Positions 36,888-50,917 of a stretch of 64,000 bases of DNA are shown here, one piece after another. The stretch is from Octopus sinensis (taxonomy: Eukaryota). The stretch spans positions 31,124,001-31,188,000 of the forward strand of contig NC_043003.1 in assembly GCF_006345805.1 (NCBI RefSeq). The letters are read 5' to 3'. Every line of letters begins with the position of its first letter. The stretch's first letter is position 1. The notes beneath the pieces are model-generated. The model had not been told where the DNA came from and made no database searches. It worked only from the letters and a program-made list of their open reading frames with translations. The position numbers and the translations under genes were made by a program.

Positions 36888-37799
36888 CTGTCATCTTTTA
36901 TTTGTTTCATCTATTAGACTGCAGTCATGCTGGGGCACCGGCTTGAAGAAATTTTTAGCAGGAACAATGAACCCCAGTACAGTTTTTAAAGCTTGGTACT
37001 TATCATATCGGTGTCTTTTGCCGATCTGCTACATTACGAGGACGTTAACAAACCAACACCCGTTGTTAAGCGGTGTTGGGGGACAAACACCGACACACAC
37101 ACACACACGCACACACACACATATATATATATATATATAAACATTTACATGCATATATATCTATTTACAAATTTACGTGCATATATATACTGGATGTAAG
37201 TAATAGGAAAGTTGACATTTACTCCTTCGGGAAAGATAATCGCAAATCCTATCCAAGACACTAACAAAATATAAAAAATATCCCATTAGATTACTTCTGT
37301 ATGGACACCGTCACTCACTCACTCACTCACTCACTCACCCACTCTCACTCTCTCACACACGCACAAACTGTCAGCTGAGAAGAAATCTAATCTATGTAAA
37401 AAGCAGAAGCAAATCTGAAGCGCATTATTGCCAACTGTGAGAGATTGTTATCAAAAGAAGTGAATATCATAATGACAAAGTGGCAAGAACAATCTAGAAT
37501 AAAATAAAGAATGAAAGTATGGCAGCCAACAGAGACTAAAACATTGTGACCGATGAATGAAAAAGTATTGTTGGATGTTGAAACGAAAAGAATGATCAAA
37601 ATTAAAAACACAACCGACCTGAAGTTTTTGTTTAAGATCGCAAATTAAAAGCATGATCACAGATATGGAAGCCAGCTACCTTCTTAACATAAATATTGGA
37701 CATTAAATAAATAAAATGCGGGTGAAAGAAGACCTCTATTAGCTGTGGTTGAAAATGTATTTTTACTTCCTGGGTCGAGAGTAAGGGACAGTCTCCATG

Positions 37800-38000
37800 A
37801 TCATCGAAGGTCCTCTTTGAATTGTTGGAATGTTGCCATCGGTGTTCCTCTCGAATCTTTGTAAGTAAACACCCACGGCAAAGACATGAGCAAGGAGAAG
37901 ATTTCAGAAGGTGAATGTTCTAGGGAGAAAGGATTGGATATAATGGTCAGTGTGGGGCTGAGGGTGGTGGTGGACACCGTATGAATAAAAAATATACGTA
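37800..38000 (-). mobile_element. CR1/Jockey-like LINE 3' coding end fragment
   Basis: HTDHYIQSFLPRTFTF*NLLLAHVF..LQRFERN resembles the SFFPRT..WN.LP terminal motif. Confidence 0.5.
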
Positions 38001-38033
38001 TACTCACTTACACTCACACACATATAGATATGA

Positions 38034-38102
<69 letters not shown>

Positions 38103-38303
38103 TAATATAGGATGAAGCTGTTTTACAGAAAAAATAATTTCATCAATTGTGGCAGCATATTAAAATACCTTTAAGGTTAAAATTATAAACAGCTTATAAA
38201 CAAAGTGTAGCGAGTAAATAATATGTGGAAATTGACGATTTAAAAGTCTGTTAGCAGCATATTGGCATAGAAATATTTTCTTTAGCCCTTGTTTATAAGT
38301 AGT

Positions 38304-38371
<68 letters not shown>

Positions 38372-38457
38372 ATATAGTCATGGTGTAGAAATACTCCAAA
38401 AAGTAACGGCACGCGGACTTGTCAATTTTCCCCTCTCTTCCTTTTCTATGTCTCCTG

Positions 38458-38488
38458 TTTCCGAAGAAGAGCTTTGCTTGAAACGTAA
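38458..38488 (+). ncRNA. Minimal hammerhead remnant
   Basis: ttt-CCGAAGA-a-gagc ttt gctt-GAAA-cg-TA; downstream stem I replaced by a SINE fragment. Confidence 0.5.
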
Positions 38489-38670
38489 CTTAGCGGTAAC
38501 TTAGCGGTAACTTAGCGGTAACTTAGCGGTTCGGCGAAAGAGATCGATAGAATAAGTACTAGGCTTACAAAGAATAAGTCCAGGGGTCGATTTGTTCGAC
38601 TAAAGGTGGTGCTCCAGCATGGCCACAGACAAATGACTGGAACCAATAAAAGAATAAGAGTATAAAAGAA
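38487..38670 (+). mobile_element. 5'-truncated SINE family A beginning with 4 tandem copies of AACTTAGCGGT
   Basis: 11-mer x4 at 38487-38530, then normal family A 3' half and tail. Confidence 0.85.
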
Positions 38671-39739
38671 TACACACACACACACACACACACGCACACA
38701 CACAACACACACACACACACACACACTCACATATATGTATATATATATGTACAAGTGCACATATATACAGACAACACACATACAATCAATCTTGTCCTCC
38801 ACCAATATTACCATGCAGTCAATGGCATCGACTATTTATGCAAGAACTGGTCTACAGAGTCATCCACAGCGTCACCATAAAGGGATCGTTCAGCAAAGCA
38901 GAAACTAAATTCTCGAATACGAGATACTGTTTGCCTGTTGGTCGTAATCAGCAAAACAGTGCTCAATCCAATCAGTGTGAGATAAACATAAATATCATTG
39001 AAAGGAGTACAGAAATAATAGGTGAGTTACTTCACGAAGAGAAATCTTCATGAGGGATTGCTCAATACGCCTACCTTCTCTTTCCATGCTTTCTCTCTCT
39101 CTCTCTCTCTCTGTGAGTTTCCAGCTTTGAAATCAAGTATAGATATGGATATTTTTAATTTGATTTCGACTGGTTTCAGTATCAATCTCTCAGCAGAATT
39201 ATTCCTGTAATCTTACTATATATCTTTGACCTTTCCTGATTCTCCTCACTTTATGTTGGAAACGTATTTCTTCCTTCTTTCCATTCCTGCCAAGAAATGT
39301 CCAAGTTAGGGAAGAAGAAAAAAAAAAACGAAAAGAAAAAAAAATGGAATGCAACAAATTTTATTAATCCTATTTCATATATTTCCATCTTGTTATTTAG
39401 TTCATTAATATGATATCAACTACAGCAAAAAGAAAAATGTTTTCCCTTGGGAACAACGATGTTTCACTTCCTTGTATCAGAAGATTACCAAGAAACAAGG
39501 ATCGGAAATTACTGATACAGAAAGCGTATTGTACACAATCACACACATATGCACATATAGACACACAGATGCACGCGTGCGCGCTCACACACACGTACAC
39601 ACGCACATGTATATAGATTTTCTGTAATTTACAAGGTATCAAAATTGCCTCATATTGTTTTCTATACATACATATACACACGAATACTTTGCGTATACTA
39701 TATATATATATGCATAAACAAACACACACACACGTAATT

Positions 39740-39797
<58 letters not shown>

Positions 39798-40078
39798 GAA
39801 TATATTAACACATGCAAGCACACACTCATACACAAATGCACACACACGCACACACGCGCACACAACACGTATGCGCGCACAAACACTCACACACACACAC
39901 ACTCACACGTACACACACACACACACTCACACGTACACACACAAACGCATAGGCATATATCAAAGATTAATTGTGTAAATTTACTTAGCCAGGGAATACA
40001 TGAAGAAAATATCTCTTCTGAAATATGGCGATGCTTGAGATAATATCCTCGCAGCTATTGATTTAAAAACCAATTTAC

Positions 40079-40182
40079 TACTAGCAGTGATGTCGGAAGT
40101 TCTTGCAGTGCTGATAATTCTTGATTTGATTGTGGTGTCGATGATGCTACACGATTGACAGTTTGCGGTTGTGCTGCAACAA
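40079..40182 (-). CDS. Candidate internal exon (VAAQPQTVNRVASSTPQSNQELSALQELPTSLLV)
   Basis: ttctcgcaatag acceptor, GTAAAT donor, 104 nt open; product unidentified. Confidence 0.25.
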
Positions 40183-40484
40183 CTATTGCGAGAAGACATT
40201 TTTTTTACAAAAAACGACGTTACGAAGAACGTGCTAATCTTCCCATCTTTTGTTTTTATTCACTAGAATCCCTACTTTTTTCTGCTTGTATCTATTATCC
40301 TGTTATATTTTCTTTTAAACATTACTGATCTAGGTTTCTACAACAGACTAAATATCCATATTCATCTCTTATTTGTTAGTTTAAACACTTCTAACTAACA
40401 ATATCTTTGTATTCTGCCTTATAATGTCCTGATATTTCAACACAGAAGAAAGAATTGAAAATAAAATGCAGTTTTTCTGCATAG

Positions 40485-40840
40485 ATGGAAACATGTCTGT
40501 GTGGTTAAGGAGGTTGTTTCTCAACTATGTGCTCTTGGGTTCAATCCCATTGTGCGGCAAGCGTCTTCCACTTTAGCCCCGGGCCAATCAATGCCTTGTG
40601 ATTGGATTTGATAGACAGAAACTGAGAACCTGAGAGAAGGCCATCGTGCACGTATGTGGCTGTGTGTATCATTTTTTGATTGTATCTGTCTCTCACCACA
40701 TCTCTATAACTTAGTAGTTCGGCAAAAGCGATCGATAGGATAAGTATCAGGCTTGAAAGAAAAGTGCTGGTGTCGATTTGTTTGAAAACTCTACAAGGCG
40801 GTGCTTCAGCATGGCCACAGTCCAATGAGTGAAACAAGTT
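40485..40840 (+). mobile_element. SINE family A, degenerate
   Basis: gtgtggttaaggagg head, gggttcaatccc B-box, ttcagcatggccacagtccaatgagtgaaacaag tail. Confidence 0.75.
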
Positions 40841-41108
40841 AAAGTTAATAGGTCACCTCTGTAACTCCCAAGACTCTTTCCCAGGGACTCCAAGACTGGT
40901 TGACGGAAGTTGTTTCCCCTTCCCTCCCGACCTTATGATCTGATCCGAATGCTTGCAACAGAGTGGACTCTGCCGATGGTAATCAAAAGGGTCTTGGAAT
41001 GACTAAAATTACTCTTCCATAATTTAATTGATTCAGTTCCAACACACGATCTCATATAGTGTGACCACAATTCGACGAAATGTCCAATAAGAAGAAAGAT
41101 GAACTCAC

Positions 41109-41181
41109 ATCTGAACGAACTATAGTGTCACCATTTGATGGCGTATCCAGTATAACAAAGATGGAGTCAAACCTTAACGAA
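41109..41181 (-). CDS. Candidate internal exon (SLRFDSIFVILDTPSNGDTIVRSD)
   Basis: ttttatgttcaacatag acceptor, GAT|GTGAGT donor, 73 nt open in phase 2-0; product unidentified. Confidence 0.3.
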
Positions 41182-41649
41182 CTATGTTGAACATAAAATA
41201 TTGATGAGGAATTTTTAGAATTTGACAAAAAGGAGTAATGAATTTATTCTTTGGTTTGAATTTACTTTGTTTTTTTTTCCCATTCTTACACTTGCTAATA
41301 GAAAAATAAAAACAAATTCTTGTATATTGTGCCCTATAAAATAAAATCAATAATTTTACTTTAGAAAACAAGCTTTTGAAAATTGATTTTTAAATGAATT
41401 AATAAAAACAACGTCATCGATATTGAATATTTTCGATTTAAAAACTATAGTGAGGGATCAATGATTACTCGAGATTTGTTGTCATGACGACAACAACAAC
41501 AACAACAGCAACATTAATGGCAAACGTCAATCAACTACGTCATTACTTACATCATCATCATCATCATCATCACACTCAACACGGTGATCTTCTAAGTTGT
41601 CAATGGACATAATAAATAGCAAATGATAACCGACTACATCACTACAGAC

Positions 41650-41652
41650 AGT

Positions 41653-41701
<49 letters not shown>

Positions 41702-41730
41702 CCATCATCACCATCACCATCATCATCATC

Positions 41731-41762
<32 letters not shown>

Positions 41763-41800
41763 CATCACCACCATCATCATCATCATCATCATCACTCTCA
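41650..41800. repeat. (CAT)n microsatellite
   Basis: Directly visible. Confidence 0.97.
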
Positions 41801-42229
41801 CCAATTTCACTCACCTCGAATCAAACTCTAATACTCTAAGTAATCATTGAACATGCTAGAAATAGCAGCCAAATAACACACTTCACGATTTCTTTTTTAA
41901 AAGAAAAGGACGCGCTCTATTATTTAATCGTATATATATTCTGTCAGGATAAAAGATATTTTGTGATATTTTCAAGAACGAACTGAGAAACACACACACA
42001 CAAAAAAAAAATCCAAGGTTAAATTTAGAAGATTAAAAACAGAAGCAGATATAAGTGTATAACTTGTGTAAAAACTGACTGATAAATTTATGAGGAACAT
42101 AGTTATAATAACTATTATACATGTATATACATATACTTTTACGCATGTACACACACGCGCGCGCGACTATCTGTGACAGACTCAGATATTAGCTTTGCCG
42201 ACATTAGCTTTGCCAAGAGTAGAAAAAAC

Positions 42230-42790
42230 AGTCCTTCGATGCTAATCTTTTACAGAAAGACCTAGATGCCATATATAAGTGGGCTGAGAAAACAACATGC
42301 AATTTAATGTAGCAAAATTCTAACCCCGCCGCTATCAGACAGCGTGCGCTAACACGCTGCACCAAAGATGCTTTGGACCAAAAGGAGCAGCAATCCCAGA
42401 GTCAAATACAATGTGTGATCTGGGAATTGAAACGAGCAAAGATACCTGGTTTCATGTATATGTCACTAAGATGGTGGCAATGTGCAGGCGAATGGCTGAA
42501 TGGATTCTGAGAACTTTCAAAACAAGGGACCAGGAAACTATGCTGGATGTATAGACGACATTTGTCCTTAGTCGTCTGGACTACTGCTCTCAACTTTGGT
42601 CATCTCACAGTGTCAAATTAATAGCGAAACTTGAGACAATCCAGCGATGTTACACCAGGAAGATTGCATCAGTGAAAAAGCTGAGCTACTTGGAGAGACT
42701 GAAAGAGTTATGGCTCTGATCCCTGGAGCGAAGATGAGAGAGATATGTGGTGATATACATACGGAAGATCGGGAAGGGAGTTTTTCAAGA
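42230..42790 (+). mobile_element. CR1-like LINE RT C-terminal fragment
   Basis: LQKDLDAIYKWAE, WILRTFKTR, FVLSRLDYCSQLW, SLERR*ERYVVIY; homologous to 56835-58415. Confidence 0.88.
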
Positions 42791-43042
42791 GACAACTTGA
42801 TCCCCTGCTCTTCAAGGTCTCAGATGAGCGTACATCACGACAAGAAACTCAAAAGAGGGCAGCAATATCGAACTGTCTCCTTCACCAAAAGCCAATTACA
42901 AAAGAACGGCCTACGAAAAAGTGATAATACTGGTGGTGCTCCCACATCGTCACAGTCTCTAGACTGAAACGCATAAAAGAATAGAAGTACACAAACACAC
43001 ACACAGAGAAACACACAGACACACAGACACAAACATATATAT

Positions 43043-43624
43043 AAAGACATCCTTCGTTCATGAATGACCATGGGATTACACCTAGACATTTCCCCTCCGA
43101 GGTACAAGTCTGGGCAAGGTTGTTTATTGAAGGCGAGCGAGCTGGCAGAAACGTTAGCACGCCAGGCGAAATGCTTAGCGGTATTTCGTCTGCTGTTACG
43201 TTCTGAGTTCAAATTCCGCCGATGTCGATTTTGCCTTTCATCATTTCGGGATCGATAAATTAAGTACCATTTACGCACTGGGATCGATATAATCGACTTA
43301 ATCCGTTTGTCTGTCCTTGTTTGTCCCCTCTATGTTTAGCCCCTGTGGGCAATAAAGAAATAAGGTTGTTTATTGAAGATCAGCAGTCGTCCATGCATAC
43401 CAACCTTCCCTCTCCATGCTACCAATGTTATCAAAGGGAAGTACAAAGGCCGATACAACTTGGCACCAGTGACGCCTCAACTCATTTCTACAGCTGAGTG
43501 AACTGGAGCAACGTGAAATAAAGTGTCTTGCTCAAGAACACAACACACAGATCGGTCTGGGAATCGAACTCACTACCTCATGATTGTTAACCCGACTTTC
43601 TAACTACCCAGCCATGTGCCTTCA
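43043..43624 (-). mobile_element. SINE family D interrupted by a family B insertion
   Basis: Colinear with 16522-16856 after removing 43133-43378. Confidence 0.9.
43133..43361 (+). mobile_element. SINE family B, full length, nested, perfect 17-bp TSD
   Basis: AAGGTTGTTTATTGAAG at 43116-43132 and 43362-43378. Confidence 0.95.
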
Positions 43625-43747
43625 CACACACAAACACACACACACGCACACACGCACACACACACGCACACACACACACGCACACACACATATATGCGTG
43701 TGTGTGTGCGTACGTGTCTGCCTGTGAATATGTATATATATATATAT

Positions 43748-45600
43748 GAATCTTATAAGAACCCAACACATATTAAATACCTAGAAAACTTTGAAAACGA
43801 TCTGAAACATTTAGTTAGAAGTGTAAAATTTGACCAAAAATCCAAGTTACAACACACATACCGAACATTTCAAAGCATCAACAAACATGTTTATTAAAGT
43901 AGGCAAGACAAAAGAAAAAACATTTATGAATTAAGTAACCAAATGCACAAGAAATTACTAACAGACAGCACAACTAAAACATACAAGAAAACAAACCCCA
44001 CCACTTATATTTCAATTAATGTAGAAGCATAAAATTTAGCCACAAGTTTAAAATAGAAGTCAAACTAGAAAAGCTTATCAAATGAAATCCTTTTATAACC
44101 CTGAAGGATTTCACGCAAAAACTTAGCCGTACATTAATATATCTCACAAAAAGCGAAATAGGACATATTAGTAATTCCACATTAGATAATATTATACAGC
44201 ATATCAGAGCACACCCAAATCTTACTTAATGGATATGCAGTAGTGCAACTATTGACTGGTTTAAGAAAATAGAAGATAAACCCAAATGCAAATTTATACA
44301 ATTCGATACCGTAAAGTTCTACCCCTCGATCTCCAAAACTTGCTTCAGAAGGCACTTGAATTTAGAAAGGCATACATTACTATAATAAATACTTATATAG
44401 ACATAATTATGAACGCAAGGAAGTCATTACCCATTCATGATAATTCCTATTGGTTAAAAGAGAATGGAGACGTGACAATGAGGAGCTATGGTGATGCAGA
44501 GAAAGCTGACCTTGTAGGCCTTTATATCCTAGATATACTTAAAATGAAATAAAAGAAGCCAACATAAGTTTATATAGGGGCGATGGCCTGGGAGTAGTAT
44601 GCAATAAAGACGGACATGAGGTGGATAGAATAAGGAAAAATTATGCCAAATCTTTAGCCAATTAGGCCCATGAACCGCAATTCATAACCAACTTTAAGAA
44701 AGTCAACTCCCTAGATATTCACATGAACTTTAACACAGGAAAGCCTAACACAAACCAGACGAGGGAGCCTCGTACATAGACATAGGTTACAACCTGCCAC
44801 CAACAGTAATTAAACAAATACTTAACAACAGGCGCGTCTCCAATTTATTCGTCGATAAAGACGCTTTTGAAAAAGCGGCCTCAAACTATAATGCTGCAAT
44901 AGAAAAGTTCAACTTTAAGAATAGCATATACTATATTGGACAAAATATAAATAGACCAAGAAGACGTAGACAAAGAAAAATATTATGGTTTAACCCACCT
45001 TAAAGCATCACTGTAGCTACTAATATAGCTAGGAAATTCTTAAAATCAATTGACAACTACTTTCCACATTCACACAAGTACCACAAGATCTTCAACAGAA
45101 ATACTGTTAAAATTAGTTATTGTTGCCTCCCCAATACAGGGTCAATAATACTCGATCTCGATAAATATAAACATACCGGAAACACTCCCGAAAGACAATG
45201 CAACCACTGCCCTCTAAACAACAACTGTCTTGAGAAAGAACTCGTATACAAGGCTAAGATCACGGACTCCAACAGAATAGCAAAAACGTATATCGGAAGG
45301 ACGGGCAACTCCTTCAAGGAAAGGTATACGCAACATTCAGAGACAAAAATAAAAGAATGCAACATCCCTGTCTAATATGATATGGAGATTGGAAGAAGGT
45401 AGAATAATCAAGCCCAGATAGAATGAAAAATTATTGCTAAAGCCTAAAAATACAGTGTTGAATACCAAATGTGGACTTTGTACTACTGGAAAACTAAACA
45501 TTGTACAATCAACAGTTAACATCCTAAACATTAGGGATGAAACGTTTTCTTCCTACATACACAAGCAATATTTTACCCTCTAATACTTCACATTTTACAC
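43748..45600 (+). mobile_element. Penelope-like element, RT plus C-terminal GIY-YIG, decayed, 5'-truncated
   Basis: FIQFDTVKFYPSIS, DVTMRSYGDAEKADLVGLYIL, GDGLGV, ILWFNPP, HKIFNRNTVKISYCCLPN, CPLNNNCL..VYKA..TYIGRTGNSFKERY. Confidence 0.9.
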
Positions 45601-46962
45601 TCTAATACATCTGCGACGGTAATCCCACCAGTATAGTCCATTTCCTGAATGTGAACTCTGAACATACTTATCACACAAACTCCACACACAGAAGAAATAT
45701 ATCCTAATGACGAACTACCTCAGCATACAAGTATAAGAACACTACACCCAGAACAGAAACAAAATAATGCAAACAAATTGGCCACACAACGATTCGCCTA
45801 AAAGACAAATCTAAGGGAGACGAACATTCAAAAGATGCCACCCAGGCGTAACATCTTTTGATTCATTGTTTTATTCATGAGAATTCACGAGAATCTCCGC
45901 GAACTAAACGAGGCTGTGTTTTCCAAATTGGAGGCTAACACCTTTCTTCATGTGATCGGCATGAAAAATTGTTAACATACTAGGATATTTTCCTACTTTT
46001 CTTAATATGAATTCAATGATAGCCTTAATTCACACAAAAAAATTATATCCACCATGTAGTGTTGAGCACTCATTTTCATCATTTAAATAGTTACGTATAT
46101 ATATATATATACACGCACACACATATACACCCATATGTATATACACACACAAATAGACACAATGCAATTTGTGAATAACAATAGAACGACCATCGCTATT
46201 ACCGGTACCGTTACCAATAACTCAACGTCCACTTCCATCACGATTAAACAAAATATATTGAAACTTATCAGTGTGTTTGTGTGTGTGTGTGTGTGTTGTG
46301 TGTGTGTGTGTGTGTGAGCATGTGTGTGTGCATGCGTGCGTGCGAGTATATTTCTATGTCTTTCGCAAATGTATAGCGTTGAAGGATAGAAACATAGCCG
46401 AGGAAATAAAAAAGAAACAACAACACTGGTACTTTACGATCGACATCCCTTAGGTGTTTCTTCCTCATCTTATTGAAATGAAGTGAAACTACGTTCTTGT
46501 TCATCAGTTTTGATTTAAAATGTGATAAAATTCTTATTCCTGCCTCATTAATCATACCACTATCCACTCTCCTGATCGCAAGATGCTCCACTTTTTAATA
46601 ATGCATTTATGTAAACGATATAGTAAGGTATTGTTTTTCTGCGAAGGTATCCATAATTCATTACAAAATCTTTATGAATTATTGTTTTGGCATTCTAAAG
46701 AAAAATCAAATAGACACACACGTATACCTATACACAAGTACATGTACACACGTATCAAAGGTAAAAAAAAGACCCTCTCTGGTTCCAGCGGTCACTGATC
46801 AATGGATAATAAATCTTTAAATCATTAACTCGGCCGCACCTCAAGCATCTGTGTGTGTACGTGCATGTGAGTGAGTATGTGTTTATGCGTGTATGTGTGT
46901 GTATATATACATATATTGATTGATTGATTCTAGTTTCAGCTCATGAGCTGTGGCCATGCTGG

Positions 46963-47050
<88 letters not shown>

Positions 47051-47117
47051 ATATATATATATATATATACATGTGTATATATATATAATATATATATGTG
47101 TGCGTGTGTGTGTGTGT

Positions 47118-47148
<31 letters not shown>

Positions 47149-47308
47149 GTGATATACATATGGACGATCGTGGAGGAATTTTTTCAAGAGACAACTTGAT
47201 CCCTATAAAATTATGTATGTAACAGATCGGTATGTTATATGTCATATGTCATATTATATATATATATATATACACACACACATATATATATATGAATATA
47301 TATATACA

Positions 47309-47387
<79 letters not shown>

Positions 47388-48277
47388 TATACATATATAC
47401 ATATACATACAGATATATGTATATATTTCCTAATAATAACCGAAGAATACACTATGCATACTTATATGTATGTGTGTATATATGTCTACACACACATACA
47501 CGCATTCATCGCGCGAACGCTCACACACACACATACACCACACACACACACATACACACAAGGGAGTATTTGTTTCTAGCGTAGGTAGAGAGCATGAAAT
47601 TAGAAGGAAGGGGTTAGTCAATATATTCGATCGGTGTACTTCAGCGGTACTTTCGATGTGAAAAGAAGGATGAATAACAAAATTTGCTTCAGTGTGATTT
47701 GAACTTAGAGTAATGAGCCGGGAAATTACACAACACATTTTTTTCCGACAATCTATATTTTTATACACCAATATATTTTTTATATATTTATGAATATGCA
47801 TACATAGATATGTGTGTGTACAGATATATATATACTATGATTTTTTTGTACAGTAGGAAGAATCTTGCGGGAGGTTTATAGTTGCTCACATTGATTCCGG
47901 TGCTGAACTGGTAATTATTTTATTCACCCCAAAAGGATAAAAGGCAAAGTCCGGCGTGCTAATGACATACGTACATAAATACATAAACACACTCATACAC
48001 ACTTATATATATATATTAAAGAATAATCGATATATACTCTACAAAAGTATTGAGTAATCCTTCAGTTCAATGTAAAATTGTTTTTATCATAACAACCATA
48101 TATGTATGTATGTATGTATGCATGTGTGTATGCATGTATGTATATATGTATGTATGCATGTATGTATGTACGTAATATATTTTATAAACATACATATATT
48201 CATATATGTATATACATATTTTTATGTTATACATCGTATATATATATAATATAACATATATATGTATGTATATATGT

Positions 48278-48353
<76 letters not shown>

Positions 48354-48394
48354 AAGTGTGTGAGAAATGGTGAAATTTAGTGTGTGTGAGAAAG

Positions 48395-48467
<73 letters not shown>

Positions 48468-48989
48468 GAGAGATAAGAGACGGTAGTAGGTATTAAAGAT
48501 ACATATAATACATATACATATATATATAAATAATGAGTCGGAGGAAAATGTGTGGGAGTGGGGACTTCATCTGCAATGCTTCAATATCTGAAGGCCAGAA
48601 TGTCTGAATCTTATTAATGCAACGCATTGAGAAATTATCAGGTACTTGCATGCTCTTTTCCATAATAGAACCGAATGATGGATTCTTTCTGTCTTTCATT
48701 CTTTTTTTCTTTCTTTCCCTTTTTCTTTCTTCCTTTGCTTCCTTTTTTCTTTCATCCGTTCTCGTATCCATTCCTGTTATTCACGTACTCAGCATGAAGT
48801 TCCGTTCTCCGTTGAATTTCATGTTACAAATAAGTGACAGAAACCAGTTTGTGATTTCGCTGAATCATTTCCTATAAAATACGCTTCCGAACAGCTTATA
48901 TATATATATAAACAGAAAATAATGATATTGAGATTAAGTCAACTGTATGCAAGTGATAGATTTATAGTGCAATTACAGGTGGAGAGGAA

Positions 48990-50126
48990 AGAGCTGAGTT
49001 AACCTGTTAAAGTTCGCAGTTTAACCAAAGCCCTTACGAGGAATGGTAACGTAATGTTTAAAGTTCAAGTTTTACGATTTGAAAGCCCGTACCTGAAAAG
49101 TTTTGATTGTGTGCCTCTGCTATCATTGTAAATGTTTGCTCATGGTTTAACGGAACAGCTTGCTCGTGGAATTAACGTGCAAGTGGCTGAGCATTCCACA
49201 GACACGTGTACCCTTAACGTAGTTCTCGAGGAGATTCAGCGTGACACAGAGTGTGACAAGGCTGGCCCTTTGAAATACAGGTACAACAGATACAGGAAGA
49301 AAGAGTGAGAGAAAGTTGTGGTGAAAGAGTACAGCAGGGTTCACCACCAGCCCCTGCAGGAGCCTTGTGAAGCTTTAGGTGTTTTCGCTCAATAAACACT
49401 CACAATGCCCGGTCTGGGAATCGAAACCGCGATCCTACGACCGCGAGTCCGCTGCCCTAACCACTGGGCCATTGCGCCTCCACTGTGTTCATGGTTTAGT
49501 CTAAAGGAAAGTAAAGGATAGACAAAGTTGATATAGTTCGACTTTAGCAATTCTAAGTTGACAACTATTGGAAAATAAGAAGGAAGCTGAAAGGGGGAAC
49601 ACCAGTGGGATGATGCTCTTGTTAAAATCTTTAATGACGAAATTGATATTCTCCTCACTGCTAGACTTACTATGATAAGTGTCCGGAGTGAGTTATGCTC
49701 CCGCGTAGCTCAAGAAAGTGAGTTCGGTGTTACTATGGTCTCATCCCACTCTTCTCAGGTTACTGATCTTGTGGGTTTATACCTTTTATTCAAATTCCAG
49801 AAATTCATCCCACATATTGGTGGAGATTTGTAATGCGATGACGCTCTATTTAGTGTTGTTACTCATTCCTCGTCCCAAGAAAGTTTAAGTAAGAAATTAC
49901 GCAAGTTTTTCAGAAAAAATATTAATCTGACTTAATCTCGTTCGAAAGAGGAATTACAACTGCTAATTTTCCAGACTTAATCTTAGATTTAACCTCTCAA
50001 ACATATGACCCTACCATAAGCCAAACCTATATTATGTTCACAGATCCTCTAATCATCCACTGTCAATTAAGAACAGCATAGTTAAGAACATACCCATTAA
50101 GATCTCTTGTCTTTCTACCAACTAAA

Positions 50127-50130
<4 letters not shown>
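48990..50130 (+). mobile_element. Second PLE RT fragment of the same broad lineage, interrupted by a SINE
   Basis: WFSLKES..FD, FGVTMVSSHSSQVTDLVGLYLL, DL*CDDAL, YVHRSSNHP. Confidence 0.8.
49150..49488 (-). mobile_element. SINE family C inserted in the PLE, 10-bp TSD
   Basis: TCATGGTTTA at 49140-49149 and 49489-49498. Confidence 0.92.
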
Positions 50131-50169
<39 letters not shown>

Positions 50170-50917
50170 TCTCCTGTCCGCCTTTGTATCGTCCATCCGT
50201 CCGAATGTTTTATTGTCCTCTATCGCGTTTTTGTTCCATTTTTATGTTTATATATGCATATAGCGGCGTACATACACACTTGCGATCACCTTATAATAGG
50301 TATATATCTAAATTTTGTACGACTCTTACTCTCTTTTAGTCACCCTCATACTTGCTTCCTCTTTTCTTTTTCTCTCTCCCCCTTTCTTTCTCACATTTCT
50401 TGACCATCTCTTTCCTTAACTCCCACTTTTCCTCCTAGTTTATCTCCCCTATACCTTTCCCTTTGTCTCCGATTTTTTCTAATCCTTTTATCCCGCTGCC
50501 CCTACCCCTCTCTCCTTCTTCCAAGTGACGGTGTCCGGCAAGCCATGATCTTTCTTTCTTGGCCTGACTGACGATCGCCAGCATCCCTTATGTCCATCGC
50601 CTATGTTGCTGCCTTTAGGCTTTCACTTCATACACGCCAGCCCAATTTGATTCGTTCTCAGTCGTAAGACACATCTTTTCATATTCTTGCAGTGTGTTTT
50701 TGTAATTGTGTACCATGTTTTCCGTTTTGTGTCCTTGTTGCCGTGCACATTCGCTAGTTTTCTTACAAAAAGGTCTAATACTCATAGCTTAGCCTTTTTG
50801 TGGGGGAACCAAACCGAACTGTCTCAAGTGTAACTTCCCGAAACAGTAAGGATCTCTGGTATACTTGACTGACGAAAGAAGGCCACGAATGACCCGTCTT
50901 TTTTTTTGCCTATCCTT

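Noticed and set aside
38819-39021. 203-nt open plus-strand segment ending in TAG|GTGAGT
   Set aside because: Weak acceptor, unrecognisable peptide, and opposite strand to the other exon candidates; unresolved.
46560-46695. Minus-strand open segment NAKTIIHKDF...DQESG after strong acceptor
   Set aside because: Needs a poor GTGGTA donor to avoid an in-frame stop.
50835-50900. GAAAC and CTGACGA boxes near each other
   Set aside because: Order and pairing do not give consistent stems I-III; not a hammerhead as written.
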